64,000 nucleotides of DNA, taken from NCBI GenBank assembly GCA_030141605.1, contig JAQGDQ010000481.1, positions 1-64,000 on the forward strand. The letters are read 5' to 3'. Made by a program: the position numbers and the translations under genes. Below, one piece after another: positions 1 through 13,594 of this stretch; position 1 is the stretch's first letter, and every line of letters begins with the position of its first letter. The DNA comes from Tubiluchus corallicola (taxonomy: Eukaryota; Animalia; Priapulida). The notes under the pieces were generated by a model. It was not told the DNA's origin. It ran no database searches and saw only the letters and a list, made by a program, of their open reading frames with translations.

Positions 1-411
1 CAGGTGGTTCAAGTATTTCTCCTCTTGCGTGGGAAGTTAGCTGCACGCCAGGTCTGTCTTTTAGAATTCCTTGCTCCCACCAAAGTCTCCTCGTAGCTTG
101 GCGTTGGCCATAAAGCTTTCTTTCCAAACAAGTTTTGCTTCTCGCGACTTCTTAATAATTACATGTAACTCTGCATAATGTTATTTAGAGAGCGTTTATC
201 TACGCTTGCATAAGGTTATAAACAAGATTACGCTTTCTCTTAATGAACACCTGTTTACCTTCAGTAAACGCAAAAACACACCTGTGAAAATAATTTGCTT
301 CGCATTAGATCTCGTGCCTTGCCAGCTGACTGAGTAAATGACTGGGTTGTTAGTAATACTGTCAACTTAAATGTCCAGCAAGGCAAAGCTTTCTGGAAAA
401 CTTATAAAAAA

Positions 412-1280
412 GTGTTTGTTGAAAATTGCCAGAATGAGGTTGCTGTGTTGAAATGGCAGGGAAAATATTATGTAAAAGATGAAGATAAATGTAAGATATT
501 GTATAACACGTTTTTTGCTGGGGCGCATTTTAGGGGAAGTAATTTTGATCAGGGATGGTATCACAATATAGAGAATGAAGTGCAAGGCATAAATTTTGAA
601 GAACCGTATAAGATTTGATGTGATGAACCCTTCACTATGAATGAATTAAATTTTGCGATAAACAGTGTGAAAGTAAATGATAAAAGTATGGATATTGACG
701 GAAACCACCCGCTCATGGTAAAGCACACTGGGTTTTGGGGGAAAAGTGTACTTCTCAATCTAGCTAATTTGTGCTTAACGAAAGGAATATGGCCTTGGCA
801 AAAAGCAAAAGTAGTTTTCATACGCAAAGAAGGTAAAAACGACTACAGTAACCCATCGAACTACAGGCCCATCACTATTTCATCTTACTACAGCAAAATA
901 ATTGAGAAACTTATTGAAAACCGGTTGAGGAAGTGGTTTAACGATCATAATATTATTGACATAGAACAGGAAGGGTTCAAGCCAGGGCATAATACAAACC
1001 GTTACATACTAAGGCTGGTTTCAGTTATCGAGAGAAAGAGACTTGTAGGGCAACGCGGCATTGGGATATTCTGCGATTTCCAGAAAGCCTTTGACAGTGT
1101 GTGGATAAATGGCTTAATTTTTAAACTGATACAGTCTGGTATCAAAGGTAACTTGCTGAATGTAATCTGTAGTTTTTTAAAAAATAGGACAATTGTAATG
1201 AAGGTAAATGAATTTATATCAGCAGAATATCAATGCCATATAGGAGTCCCTCAAGGCTCGGTTTTGTCAACCTTTATTGT
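412..1280 (+). mobile_element. Decayed non-LTR retrotransposon (LINE) ORF2 reverse-transcriptase fragment
   Basis: ORF 637-1362 carries the RT motifs YRPITISS, QEGFKPG, CDFQKAFDSV and GVPQGSVLS. Homology stops before YADD. A stop at ~616 separates it from upstream ORF 412-618. Confidence 0.9.
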
Positions 1281-2076
1281 TTTAAATTTGAAATTTTTAA
1301 CAACCCAATGGGAAAGAAGATTTTACTATTGTACCCAAAATAGCAAATTTGCCACAAGATAGACCTATAGCTATGTTAACGCCGCTGTGTCTATCGCTAA
1401 CGCATTACGAAAGGCTTATTGAAACAACGGCATTAAACTGACTTTTAAATAGAGGAACTAAATCATTTCGGTATAGAATAGGCGAACAAAATATAGATTG
1501 CTGTCAATGTAATAATGTAAAAGTTATGTAAAAGTTAGCAAACTGAAACACTACTAGTAGAGTATGCATGTACAAAATTGGCATTATGTATAATATTGTT
1601 ATCGTAAATAGCTGTATTTTGTAAACGAAAACCCTGCATATAGAGGGGAAACAATTTTATGTATTGTTTAATAAAAAGACTTATAATAAAAAAATTGGTA
1701 AGATTGCATCATTTCCATGGATAGTTCCTACTTAAGATTTTGAAACTGATACTGGATTACTCAATGTCCACATTGCAAGTTATTAATATACACTTACGTT
1801 TGCTACAATGTTTGCTTGTATGCAGTTGATTTATAGGCAGTTAAGAAGTTTATGCTTATTTGCTGTGCAAATTACAAAGTATCTACCTGGTAATCCGTGA
1901 AATAACAAACTGGCCCAATGTCAAAGTTGTCGGTAATCAGGACAGTCAGCTGTCCCGGTTATCAGGTGACCCAGATGAAAAATATTTGCAATATATAATA
2001 TCAATGCACGCACATGTAACATGACCGTCCGTACTACAAACTCTTTATACAGTAGCTACAGTAAAGGTTAACAATA

Positions 2077-2189
2077 TTAATCCCTCCTCTCTCTCTTCTC
2101 TCTCTCTCTCTTTCTCATTCTCTCTTCCTCTATCTCTCTACCTGTCCCACTCTCTCTCTTTCTCTCCCTCCCTCCTCTCTCTCCCTCCC

Positions 2190-2222
<33 letters not shown>

Positions 2223-2223
2223 G

Positions 2224-2264
<41 letters not shown>

Positions 2265-2268
2265 GCGT

Positions 2269-2305
<37 letters not shown>
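2077..2305. repeat. (CT)n/(CA)n compound microsatellite
   Basis: Direct reading. Confidence 0.95.
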
Positions 2306-2308
<3 letters not shown>

Positions 2309-2482
2309 CTACCTCCCTCCCTCTCTCCCCCTTAAGCAGAACAACCTTCTAAATCCATTATTCTGGCAATTTTAAGCTGCTAATGCATTTTGCAGTTTTT
2401 TTAAGTTCGTTGTTTTTTTTGCAATCTGTATGCACTGCATCACCCTAGATAGGCCCTTTCTCTTTTAGAGGAAAGGAAACGA

Positions 2483-2623
2483 TTGCTTAGCAACAGAACA
2501 ATCTGCTCAAAATGTGACAGTGTAGCTAGTTGCTTAGCAACAGAACAATCTGCTCAAAATGTGACAGTGTAGCTAGTTGCTTAGCAACAGAACAATCTGC
2601 TCAAAATGTGACAGTGTAGCTAG
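2483..2623. repeat. 47-bp tandem repeat x3
   Basis: ttgcttagcaacagaacaatctgctcaaaatgtgacagtgtagctag occurs three times. Confidence 0.9.
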
Positions 2624-3140
2624 CTAACGTATATGACAATGTATTGGTTTATAACGTGTATTATGATATTCTACGTTTAATTTTGACAGGATTATTGAAG
2701 AAATTGGGTAAGAATTTATTATTAGTTTTATACATGATACACACATGCATAAGTATAAGCATAAGAACGAATTCACGATGAGTCTTAATACTTTACTCTC
2801 TTACTAATACACATGTATTAAGTTAGTGTAAGTTAAACAACAAATTTTATGTTGAGAAAGACTGTGATGGCTTCACCAAAGTTCATTTAATTAAAACCAA
2901 AACTTGTTACACAACAGTGTTCAACAATGTGTTCAACAACAGTGTTCATCAACAGTGTTCAACAACAGTGTTCAACAACAATGTGTTCAACAATGATTAA
3001 ATTAACTACTAATCAGGGCTTCTGCTAGGAAGTGAGGCGTCCAATTAGAAAATTCTTAGTGGCGCCCTCTACCCTGCAAATACTGAAGATTGATGGTTTA
3101 CACTTCGTGTAGTACGCCAGTCTCAGCCGAAAAGCGTTTA

Positions 3141-4245
3141 TGGCTTGAGGCTCCACCATTAGCTACAATGATTTGTACTAGAAATTGAAAACATGTAAGC
3201 GTTTATGGCTTGAGGCTCCACCATTAGCTACAATGATTTGTACTAGAAATTGAAAACATGTACGAAATAATGGCTTGAGGCTCCACCATTAGCTACAATG
3301 ATTTGTACTAGAAATTGAAAACCTGTACGAAATAATGGCTTGAGGCTCCACCATTAGCTACAATGATTTATACTAGAAATTGAAAACCTGTACGAAATAG
3401 TGGCTTGAGGCTCCACCATTAGCTACAATGATTTGTACTAGAAATTGAAAACCTGTACGAAATAATGGCTTGAGGCTCCACCATTAGCTACAATGATTTA
3501 TACTAGAAATTGAAAACCTGTATGAAATAATGGCTTGAGGCTCCACCATTAGCTACAATGATTTGTACTAGAAATTGAAAACCTGTACGAAATGATGGCT
3601 TGAGGCTCCACCATTAGCTACAATGATTTATACTAGAAATTGAAAACCTGTACGAAATGATGGCTCGAGGCTCCACCATTAGCTACAATGATTTGTACTA
3701 GAAATTGAAAACATGTAAGAAATGATGGCTTGAGGCTCCACCATTAGCTACAATGATTTGTACTAGAAATTGAAAACATGTAAGAAATAATGGCATGAGG
3801 CTCCACCATTAGCTACAGTGATTTGTACTAGAAATTGAAAACCTGTAAGAAATGATGGCTTGAGGCTCCACCATTAGCTACAATGATTTGTACTAGAAAT
3901 TGAAAACATGTAAGAAATAATGGCATGAGGCTCCACCATTAGCTACAATGATTTGTACTAGAAATTGAAAACATGTACGAAATAATGGCTTGAGGCTCCA
4001 CCATTAGCTACAATGATTTGTACTAGAAATTGAAAACATGTAAGAAATAATGGCATGAGGCTCCACCATTAGCTACAATGATTTGTACTAGAAATTGAAA
4101 ACATGTACGAAATAATGGCTTGAGGCTCCACCATTAGCTACAATGATTTGTACTAGAAATTGAAAACATGTAAGAAATAATGGCATGAGGCTCCACCATT
4201 AGCTACAATGATTTGTACTAGAAATTGAAAACATGTACGAAATAA
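3141..4245. repeat. 65-bp minisatellite, ~17 copies
   Basis: Unit tggcttgaggctccaccattagctacaatgatttgtactagaaattgaaaacctgtacgaaataa, period 65, with no unique spacers. Confidence 0.95.
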
Positions 4246-5106
4246 TTAATGTTTTCTTACAAATCAAGATAATTACTGACATAGTGTTTGTGCCTGTATC
4301 TTCTAAAAACAGACGATAAACTGAAATTACGAAATAAATAAACAAACGATCAATAAAAAAAACATTGAAACATAAATATACGATATCAGACTGAAGAGTT
4401 TCACTGCGTTCACAGTATTGTTACGAAGACGGGTTTTGACTAACCCCATAATGTTAGTAATGGGTATAGTCGAGAAGCCCAGTAATGCTAATGTACCTGT
4501 ATAAAACAGAATGCACGCCGTAATTTGACGATTCCAACCTGGCCTTTCTCTCTGTAAAGGTGAATGCTGTAGGTTTGCTGATTTTTATACCAAACTCTGT
4601 TCACATGTCATGGAGCTACTGGTTGTGATCTGATCTGATCTTGTTTGTTTAAGTTCCTAATTAGTTTAATAAATACTACTTTATTATGCACGCATTTGTC
4701 TGGTTGCTTAATATTATTGTAGCGTGTGACATACATGACGTACGTAACTTTCATCTGTTTTCTTGTCATACATGTTTTTTACAGATACAAGGAACCTTTA
4801 GGATCTAGCAAATTGCTCTAATGCTTATAATTCAGAGAAAATATTCATTTGGTGTGTTATAACAGTTACTGTGCAAGGGAGGGCCCAGGCGCCTTGGGCT
4901 CACCCCCTAAATCCGTCACTTATCGGTACTTGGTACTGGTAATGGCGTTAATACGAGTTATTAAAATAAGTGAATTTTATTCAAAATTAAAACGATTCTA
5001 TGCCATTTTTCTTGGTTTTATCAGTTTTTAATCCTTTCGTACAGGGGAAGATTCTTTCTTTGATGCCCTATGTCATTTAATAAATAACTCACCATGTTAC
5101 TAATAG

Positions 5107-5705
5107 TTAAAGGGGAAGGAAGGGTCCCAAAAAACTTTCATACAAAAGTTATAGCATTACGCTTAACTGCTTGAAATACTTATGTACTAGAAAACATTTT
5201 TTTATTAATTTAAAATGCTCTCGCCAACTGCGAAAATGTCACTGACTCACCTTTCCAGTGTGCCGTAAAAACGTCACTGGCTCACCTTTCCAGTGTGCCC
5301 TAAAAACGTCACTGGCTCACCTTTCCAGTGTGCCCTAAAAACGTCACTGGCTCACCTTTCCAGTGTGCCCTAAAAACATCACTGGCTCGCCAGAAAAACG
5401 TATTGTTAATGTTACTGACGATATATAAAGTAATTTATAGTTTTGGTTATTTAGTGAAGAGTGCGCTAGGAATGCTCTGATTATTTTCTCAAACTTTATG
5501 GCAAATTTGTTTCAAATGTTATTTTTACCAGACACCGTTAAAATGGCTGCACCTAACGGACATCATAGGAGTTTACGTTTGCCAGCTTTATACAGCGTTA
5601 TTGCTAGTACAAATTCTCTGCGCAAGATGGCAGCATGTAGGTGATACAAAATTTCAAGTGAAACTTTTTAGCTTTAGGTAACTAAAGGGTTTTCTTGTGT
5701 TTTAA
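5107..5705 (+). mobile_element. Diverged TTAA-flanked non-autonomous DNA transposon (Kolobok-like) with an internal 35-bp tandem repeat
   Basis: Starts TTAA-AGG and ends gggttttcttgtgt-TTAA. Internal blocks resemble the 18448-19123 element. gtcactggctcacctttccagtgtgccctaaaaac is repeated ~4 times at 5238-5390. Confidence 0.6.
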
Positions 5706-6116
5706 ATTTCAAATTGCTTCCGTGAGGAAAGCATAACTAAGAACTGTACACTAGATTCAATTAATGTTGTCATGTATGTGCATGTATGTATAGTGTAACC
5801 CTTTTGCACTGGGCGTGCTATTATTAAAACATTACAACATCTTTAGTAACCACATTGATTCATTTAGGCGTATTTCTAATTTGCAAGTTTTTACAATTTC
5901 AGTACACAAAGAAGTGAAAATCGATTATATACTCTATAACAGAAGTGTTAAGTTAGTACGATACTAAAATATAGCCAAAAATGTCGTTTACATCATTACA
6001 TATGAGTTAAAGTAAAAGCTCACAATTCTGTATAATTATTACAAAAAAACACATGGTTTTATTGGATATTTTCTACGGTACAAGTTCAGACTGGAATGTT
6101 CTTAATATGTATGTAA

Positions 6117-6437
6117 GTATTTACTATATTCAAAATGTAAAAAAATACAATAATCATAGCATCAAATAAACAGTTATGAGATCAAATACATATAACACTG
6201 CATACTTCCAAATTGACTTACATACATATTTACTATATTCAAAATGTAAAAAAATACAATAATCATAGCATCAAATAAACAGTTATGAGATCAAATACAT
6301 ATAACACTGCATACTTCCAAATTGACTTACATACATATTTACTATATTCAAAATGTAAAAAAATACAATAATCATAGCATCAAATAAACAGTTATGAGAT
6401 CAAATACATATAACACTGCATACTTCCAAATTGACTT
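6117..6437. repeat. 109-bp tandem repeat x3
   Basis: Near-identical units start at ~6121, 6230 and 6339. Confidence 0.9.
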
Positions 6438-6639
6438 GATGAATTTTATAATAAACAGTTTAGAAAAGAAAAATCCATGGACGAAGTTCCAGACTGCCAG
6501 TAGAGAATCAGCTACACACACACACTAACTACTTTGCTATAACTACTGCAGAAATTTACAATCATTTTATTGTAAAACGTAGACAATTTTTACTTCAGTA
6601 ACAAAATTAAACAAACAGCCATAAAAGTTAGCAATATGA

Positions 6640-7045
6640 TACTGTAGAAAATTTGCATCCTTTCTCAATGCTGTCTCTTTAGATCAACTGAAACTTGCAT
6701 GCCTTGAGATAACTCAGCTGTAAATCACATGACCAGACATACAAGTTCCCATTGGAAGGTACATCACATTCATGCATACAGACCATTAATGAAAAGGTCA
6801 CCTACACTTTACAGTCTACTAGTCAAACCAAAATCAAAGTCTACTTGGCTTCTTTGATAGCAGAATAAAATTATTTGCTTACAGAAAGCTGTGTTATAAT
6901 TTTTCTTAATTTAGAGAGAATTAAAGCATGAAATAAACTAATTACGCAGATTAATGAATATCTATAAAAGCAAAAGGAAACAATATTTAGAAACAAAATC
7001 AATTAATCTCTGACAAACTTTGTATAATTGAGTAAAAAACGATTA
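6640..7045. repeat. Dispersed repeat; inverted homolog at ~27540-27990
   Basis: For example agtcaaaccaaaatcaaagtctactt (6821) is the reverse complement of aagtagactttgattttggtttgact (27789). Confidence 0.75.
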
Positions 7046-7379
7046 ATCGAATCACTTGACCTCCTCCGCCCTCTAGCCGTTGTTACGTGTTAGACAAACT
7101 GCTGTAGAAGCTGTTTTAACTTTATATTGTAATTCACCTATGATCTAGCAGACATAATTAATTTTCAAAAACAACTGTAAGCCTTCTTTTGTATTCACTG
7201 TTAGCAAACAGTAAAAAATAATCTGATCCCATTTAACCTAAGTAAAGCTGCTACATAGAGCACTGGTTGGCTTGAATGAGACAAAAATGTTGAAATTAAA
7301 AGTATTCACGTCGTCATGTTTTTGCCATTGCACTTTTAAAGTTTGTACAAAGAGAACCGTATCTGAAAACGTTACTCAC

Positions 7380-7781
<402 letters not shown>

Positions 7782-8240
7782 CTGTAAAAATTGTGAATTA
7801 AAAAGATAATTGAGTCAATCTTTGTACGTAGCGTAACTATCTTAATTTCGAGATGATTGTAGTAGATTTATACATTACGGTTATTAAATTTTTGGAATCA
7901 TGGTTAATCATTAAAAATAATTTTAAAAAAGTCAAAATTGGAACTAATCTAGGAACTAGAAATCAGTATTTTTGCGACAAGTCCAAATAATTATGTTAAA
8001 ACAGATAATTTTCCATAATTACAGACAACTCCTACTCAAACTCTTTGCACGTTTTTTATTCCAGAGCTTAGAAAATAAAAAATCAAATTGCTATTTTTGG
8101 CAAAAGAAAATGACAAAGCCAAATAACTTTTGGCACTTTAAACTGATAACTGATATTTACAATTTGCAATCATCATGCAGATATTTCTACTTCTGACACA
8201 GAGCTACATTATAAGACATCACTGTCTCTGAGATGCTTAC

Positions 8241-8589
8241 CAGGCAAAATGATCCTCAAATACCCCAAGTAGTACGACCATGCCAAGCCCGCACCTACAT
8301 GGGTTGGGATAGACTGTAGTGAGGAAACAGTTTCCTCAAATTGCTGTTCGTCACTTTGTGAAATTCGTAGCGCTATCAAATCAGAAATGGTGGCCAGATC
8401 TTTGACTAGAATGATGTCATACTGCCCTCTGAATGCTGTATTTGAAGTGAGGAGAAATTTAACAGTTCTGTGAAACTCTCGCATTTGCGACTGCAGCTCC
8501 TCTGGCGACATGTTAACGTCTCCACATTGTGACATCTCATAGAGGTTCATCAACAGTGTTGCAAATTCACCAACAAAATAAGTCTCAAC
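8241..8589 (-). CDS. STING1: STING-family exon: C-terminal half of a CDN-binding domain, linker, then the start helix of a CDN-binding domain
   Basis: ttatag|VETYFVGEFATLLMNLYEMSQ...EELQSQMREFHRTVKFLL (cf. CVLEYATPLQTLFAMSQ...EDRLEQAKLFCRTLEDIL), then VGAGLAWSYYLGYLRIILP G|gtaagc (cf. VAHGLAWSYYIGYLRLILP). Phase 1 matches the 7781 acceptor. Confidence 0.9.
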
Positions 8590-9337
8590 CTATAATGAAC
8601 ACCAGTAATTAAAATATACATCCGACCAAAGAACAAATGAACGAATCAACCAGTCAATTAATCTACTATAACCATTCAGCCAGTCGGTAGTCGTGCTTTT
8701 ACAGCATTTGCCTTATCAGTGTAAGTGTTTAGTAACTAACACTGATTGATCATCTCTGTAAAGCCTTCTCTGTAAAGCCTTATTTCAGTGATTATCAATG
8801 TTTTTTAATGGCAAATAAGGATTATTAAAAATATATTATGCGCACACGTTTTATCATTTAGTTAGATGGACAATGGTCAGTAAAACAGTCAGTGAATTGG
8901 TTGGTCTGTCAGTGAGACGGCCAGCCAGTCAGCAAATCAGACAAAATTCAGTTTGGAAAGTTAGTCCGCAATACTATGTTCCACTATAATAAGTGTTTTA
9001 GCTTGTAAAAAAGTTAGTTTATAAGTCTTGCAACAGCCTGATTTTTTATGAATTTAGCAATTACAGAAGAATAATGCTTCGCCCCTGACGAAAAAATTGC
9101 AAAATATATCCCTAGATTGCTATAGAAATCCATATGAATAGTATAATATAAAATTAGCTCATATACGTGTAATAGATCAATTTCTCAATAAAAAATGTAA
9201 AATCATGAAATGATGAAATTACAAAATTATGGAAAAAACTTTATATAATACGTTACAGTGCTTGCATATATTCAAGTCACACTATTAAAGTAAATAAAAT
9301 ACATTAGGTGTAATTTAATAAATTACACTTCACGAAC

Positions 9338-9364
9338 GTTTAACGAAGCAGGTACATCAGACAT
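9338..9364 (-). CDS. Candidate first coding exon of the STING-like gene (MSDVPASLN)
   Basis: aaaATG at 9364, about 100 bp downstream of a TATA box. The phase-0 donor AAC|gttcgt is compatible with the 8589 acceptor. Inference only. Confidence 0.35.
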
Positions 9365-9461
9365 TTTACTAGAACTTATATATTAGAAGATCGTTTCTGA
9401 TATTATTCTGTCACAGTCGTAAGTTGACTTTAATTTGATCTCTACTGCGTTGCAGTCCCTA

Positions 9462-9751
9462 CTTATATATAGCACAATGTTTCGGGGATCCCCATGCAAG
9501 TTGTTGTCAACATAGAGAACCGGGGAAAACCGGATTGCTATCCTTTGCGAAACTCGCGCGCGCAGATGTATTTACAGACGTTTGTACTTTGACACGCCAA
9601 CAGACACACGTTGCCCTGCATAGAGAACAGCTGGTTTGTAAGCAGCGTTTTGATTGGATACAAAAGATGATGCACCCTGACGTCACATGATTAGCGTAAC
9701 GGATACTACACTCCCCCTGGCACGAATCATCTGCTGCAGACGGTTTTCCCC
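9462..9751 (-). promoter_or_regulatory. Putative promoter: TATA, kB-like sites, CCAAT and CRE
   Basis: TATATAAG on the minus strand (9462-9471), GGGGATCCCC (9484-9493), GGGGAAAACC (9522-9531), CCAAT on the minus strand (9653-9657), TGACGTCA (9678-9685) and GGTTTTCCCC (9742-9751), in a locally CpG-richer stretch. Confidence 0.5.
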
Positions 9752-12264
9752 GTCATAATTTCGTCGAAGTATTCGTGTTTGCACTCCTTTCCTATTTGCT
9801 AAAGTGCGTCGAATCTAATGACAAATTTAGCAAATGCACGTAGCAAACCACGCCAAATTAAAGTGTAAATTCATCTTAATTACGATTAGTTTGGAGAAAT
9901 CGACAAGTCGGCGTAGTCATTAAAATCACGGTTTGATGACTAGGCAGATTCATCGCTATATATGGCTATATAATATATATATTACCACAATTCCTGAAAA
10001 AATATTAGCTCTATTAGGAAATAATGAGTAATTTGTTAAACTTGTTGTTGTCTGAAAATGATTAGAATGTAAAAAATTCTAATGTAGCCTGTTAATTAAG
10101 TGCATATTTTATTTTCCACGGCAAGCTTGCAAATGAACTTCAACTTTCAATGAAATACTTCAGCCATATACCATTCTTTAGATTAATATTTTAGCAATTA
10201 GCAGCCTTTACTAATTATAACTGATGCAATCTTAACAAATATATTGTCAGTTTGTGAAATAAGAGTAATTTTCGTCGTAAGTGTAACACAATAATGTATA
10301 ATAATTCTAGACAAGCCCGGATTAAGACATGAACAGTATAAGTTGTACTACAATGAATGTCTGCCATATTCCAACAAAATATTGTAGTGGTTTATACGTC
10401 ATTTCTATTAAAAAAATAAAAAGGCCATTTTACCAATTTGCATTAAATTCTGAAGTTCTTAACTTTATTAAACACAAACATTAAATAAACCTAATTTGGT
10501 AATTTAGTAATTTATACCACGTTCTATCGAATTTATAAGATTGTCATTAATTAAACTAAAATGTTCAAAGTGATCAGTTCAAAATAATACAAAATTATAT
10601 ATTTATTTACATCGTATGTCTCCATAAAGCAAATCTAGTATTTACCAATATATCTGACAAATTATGCCACTATCATACTGTGAAAAACTACTTTTAAAGA
10701 AGCCTGTTAACGTCTGCCAACTAACTCACTTGCCCAGGTAGAAACAGATTTGCACAGGTGAGTAACCGTGGTCACGTGACCAACGAGATACCTACGAAAT
10801 TCCTACACCACACCAAACCAAAACCCAAACCAAAAAATAAAACAGATATCATGTTAATAAAGTATTTTAAACAGCATAAAAAGCCTTGCGATTCAAAATG
10901 TGAGGTAGAAGAACACACGCGAATGTAAAATTTTTTGCTGTTGGCAGGGATCATACTTTTTCTGTAGCTGATTTATTTAATTAAAATTTGATTTTAAAGT
11001 CAATAAAGAATTCAAGTGCCATTAATCCTATATAAAGCAATGGGGTTTGCTTTATAATTACAATTTATAATTACAACACCTTAATTAATCCGGCTTTGAT
11101 TACAGTTGGTTATGAGGATCATCAATGATCTAAAGTCGCGTTTATGAAAATGTCTCCAACCCTGTAATAAACTATGTTTAAAGCATAACTGAGTGTCAAA
11201 GTGCAAATTTAGACCTTGCTAATAGCCATATCGTATCTAAAACTGACAAAATGCATTGTACAGGTGAAAACGAGGTTCATTAGTTTCGGCGTGACGTCAC
11301 TGGTATCTCTAGCACACGTATGTGGTAAAATACAAACAAAATGCTACTGTAGCAGAATATTTCGCACAAATTACACATCACAGATCAGGCAACCAAGCAG
11401 ATAAGCAGGCAATAAATTTGCTTATTAAACTATACGTGTATGGAAACCATGAGTGTGGTGTTTTATGAGACTGTATCATCGTTTTACACTTTTTTACAGT
11501 GTGCTGAGAATGAAATCATGTTGCAAATAAGGCGATAGTCACAACTTTCCATGTTAATACATGCACGGTAATAATTATTCTTTCTAGCTAAATTTTATGA
11601 AAACTATATTTAGCCAAGGTCTTCTCTATTTTTTTCTGCTCACCAAGAAGAACCGAGATTGCTGTGATCTTTTCTATTCCCCTTTGCAATGATTTCCTAA
11701 CCTGGGCATAAAATTGTGCAATTTTTATTAATATTTGCTTAAGCAAAGAAAGGCTCATACTTTGAATACCTGAATAATGATGTTTACTAGAAATCGTGAA
11801 ATATATTTTCCGACAGAGCACGTGACATTTGAGCACGAGGACACGTGGGCACCTATAAAGTTTAATGTTGTACCTAAATTTTTGCTTTTTTATTATATAT
11901 TAATGAGTCGCTATTTACTTAACTCTGACAATATTTTTCTAAGGTCGCTTCACTAAATATAACAGTAATATGTGACATAATTCTTCACTTCTTTGTTCTC
12001 AAATTTAGTACTAATGTGCTGATTAGCATTTTATTGAAATCTCACAGCATTTCATTTCAGAAATATGTAGTGTTTTCTAAAAACAATAAATAACAGAAAT
12101 GTTCGTCACAAAAGATCTAGTGACAGTTATGACGTCAAGCATATTTGTCTACGGCTCCGCCTCCTCTGTGACGTAACACACCTCGTGACGGCAGCACACA
12201 CTGGACAACAACTGTCTTTAGTAAAATTAGATTTTTTCTAGATTTTAATAGATTTATTTCGCAA

Positions 12265-12790
12265 TAAACATATACATTACATTACATGTGCACGATAATC
12301 AGGTTTTGTTAATACAAAAATATGATACAATTCATGAATTCTGCACTAGAGACCTAAGAAGCTAGCTTATGCTAGACCACTAGAATTAGTTACGAAAAAA
12401 ATTACAATGTATACAGATCCAATATTACAATATATACAAATATAAATACGGGTGGGAAGTAATAAAAATATTATTATACTAGAGGGGAAGTTTTTGAAAA
12501 TGAAAAACAACAAATCATGATTGAGTGATCAGTTATATGTTTCAAGCAAGTTTAATTTATATATTTTTTAAAATATGGACAGCGAGTTGGCATTTTTAAT
12601 AGCTGGAGCAATTGAATTCCATATGTAAAGGCCATTGTATTTAATAGAAAATTTTCTAACATCAGTGTTATACTGTATGTAGTGATAGTTCAGTCTATAA
12701 CGTGTGACGTAATTATGTATCTCAGCATTCAAACAAAAATAATCAGTAAATAAGGGAGGCAATAAAAATGAAATAACATAACAGCTAATG
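12265..12790 (-). mobile_element. 3' fragment of a CR1/L2-group LINE
   Basis: LPPLFTDYFCLNAEIHNYVTR...FSIKYNGLYIWNSI is a typical ORF2 C-terminus of this group, followed by a 3' UTR. Confidence 0.7.
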
Positions 12791-13069
12791 TTTAATCAAC
12801 AGATAAACTGACTGTGCTTTTTCATAAAGACAAATTTGCAGGGCGGCAGTTATTTTTGCACGGAGTTAAAACTTCGAGTAGCGAAAAAATGACTTTTCCA
12901 TTTAAACAGAATGTAGAGACGAAGTTTCAAAGCACTACGAAATACAGAGACATAAGTATAATAAAGAAACTAAGCCAGTTAACTTTGCTTTACAATAAAT
13001 GAGCCACAAAATTAAGCCTCTCTTGCTTTTAAACATACAAACATCAAGCCTGCGATGTATTTTTCTATT

Positions 13070-13285
13070 AACTGGTCGCAAGCTCGTCTGTTGTTATGAC
13101 AACTGGTCGTGTGCTCGTCTGTTGTTAGGACAACTGGTCGTGTGCTCGTCTGTTGTTATGACAACTGGTCGTGTGCTCGTCTGTTGTTATGACAACTGGT
13201 CGTGTGCTCGTCTGTTGTTATGACAACTGGTCGTGTGCTCGTCTGTTGTTAGGACAACTGGTCGCAAGCTCGTCTGTTGTTATGA
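13070..13285. repeat. 31-bp minisatellite, ~7 copies
   Basis: Unit acaactggtcgtgtgctcgtctgttgttatg. Confidence 0.9.
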
Positions 13286-13594
13286 CGGCCATTGTTTGTG
13301 TTGTTGTTGTTGTTTGCGAAGATTGAAACAAAATATCCAGTTAAGGAAAACGACGGGCATTAAGCAAACAGCTAAATTCATTATGTTAACAAGCTTTAGG
13401 CTGCTAATGTATTTTTCAAAAGTCAAAGGTGAATCTATTATGCTTAATGTATTTTTTCAAAATTAAAGCTTGTTGTTTATTACGTGTTTTGCGTCATTCA
13501 AAATTGTGATTTCTTGTGCTTTGCTACTATTGTGAGCAAAATTGTGGGTTGCTCACTATTTATTTGCTATGAACTAACTATGAACTATGAACCA

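Noticed and set aside
1-170. Downstream STING exon candidates (here and at 4380-4500)
   Set aside because: Minus-strand translations show no EYAT/EFAT-like or other STING motif.
3141-4245. Regular 65-bp array as a CRISPR-like locus
   Set aside because: Units are contiguous and near-identical with no unique spacers, there are no cas genes, and the context is eukaryotic.
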